64,000 nt of DNA, taken from Lama glama (taxonomy: Eukaryota). The stretch is from the NCBI GenBank assembly GCA_028534125.1, contig CM052817.1:103356001-103420000 (forward strand). The letters are read 5' to 3'. The notes below the pieces were generated by a model, which was given only the letters and a program-made list of their open reading frames with translations, searched no databases and had not been told where the DNA came from. This document shows, piece by piece, positions 63,830 to 64,000 of this stretch. Positions within the stretch are counted from its first letter, which is position 1, and every line of letters starts with the position of its first letter. Position numbers and translations under genes: made by a program.

Positions 63830-64000
63830 TAAAGGATCATTTATATTTGAAAAGATGACTATGCTGAAAACAGACCATGGTATGGAGGATATAAGGGCAG
63901 AAGCAGGGAAGTCCAAAGAAGTGTTCTAACAATCCAAGCAGCAGGATGCTTGGACTGAGTCTCAAAGACAGACTTGACATGCAGGTGGTTCACATTTGAC

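Larger units (their letters stand above)
62100..64000 (-). mobile_element. L2 element interrupted by MLT2, SINE and L1 insertions
   Basis: Begins TTCATTCAACAAGTACCTATTGG (antisense L2 3' end). L2 sequence resumes after each insertion (e.g. GACCATTGTAAGGACCTTAGATTTTACT; GAAGCAGGGAAGTCC). Confidence 0.65.

Noticed and set aside
1..64000. CRISPR arrays, operons or other prokaryotic systems
   Set aside because: The sequence is clearly mammalian (spliced gene, L1/SINE content) and has no repeat-spacer arrays.

Overview
Mammalian genomic DNA, most likely from a camelid: it carries eight copies of a tRNA-Ala(AGC)-derived SINE of the camelid Vic-1 type. The window holds the CpG-island promoter and the first four coding exons of KLHL2 (kelch-like 2/Mayven) on the minus strand. 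Exons 50042-50067, 37306-37431, 22811-22917 and 10142-10263 splice GT-AG in frame into 127 codons covering the N-terminus and BTB domain; the gene continues off the left edge. The rest is intronic or upstream DNA dense in L1, L2, MIR, LTR and DNA-transposon relics, and most ORF-track entries are spurious. I see no new multi-gene system. The most notable observations are: (1) the counterpart of the human alternative first exon (MVWLEARPQILFV-type) is present, but AT stands where its in-frame GT donor is required; (2) a MER41-like ERV fragment has the hallmarks of an L1-retrotransposed viral mRNA; (3) a ~3 kb inversion can be reconstructed inside nested L1s; (4) one SINE carries an extra polyadenylated 3' segment; (5) a strong-context uORF overlaps the KLHL2 start. 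Human comparisons and repeat family names are from memory and need alignment checks.
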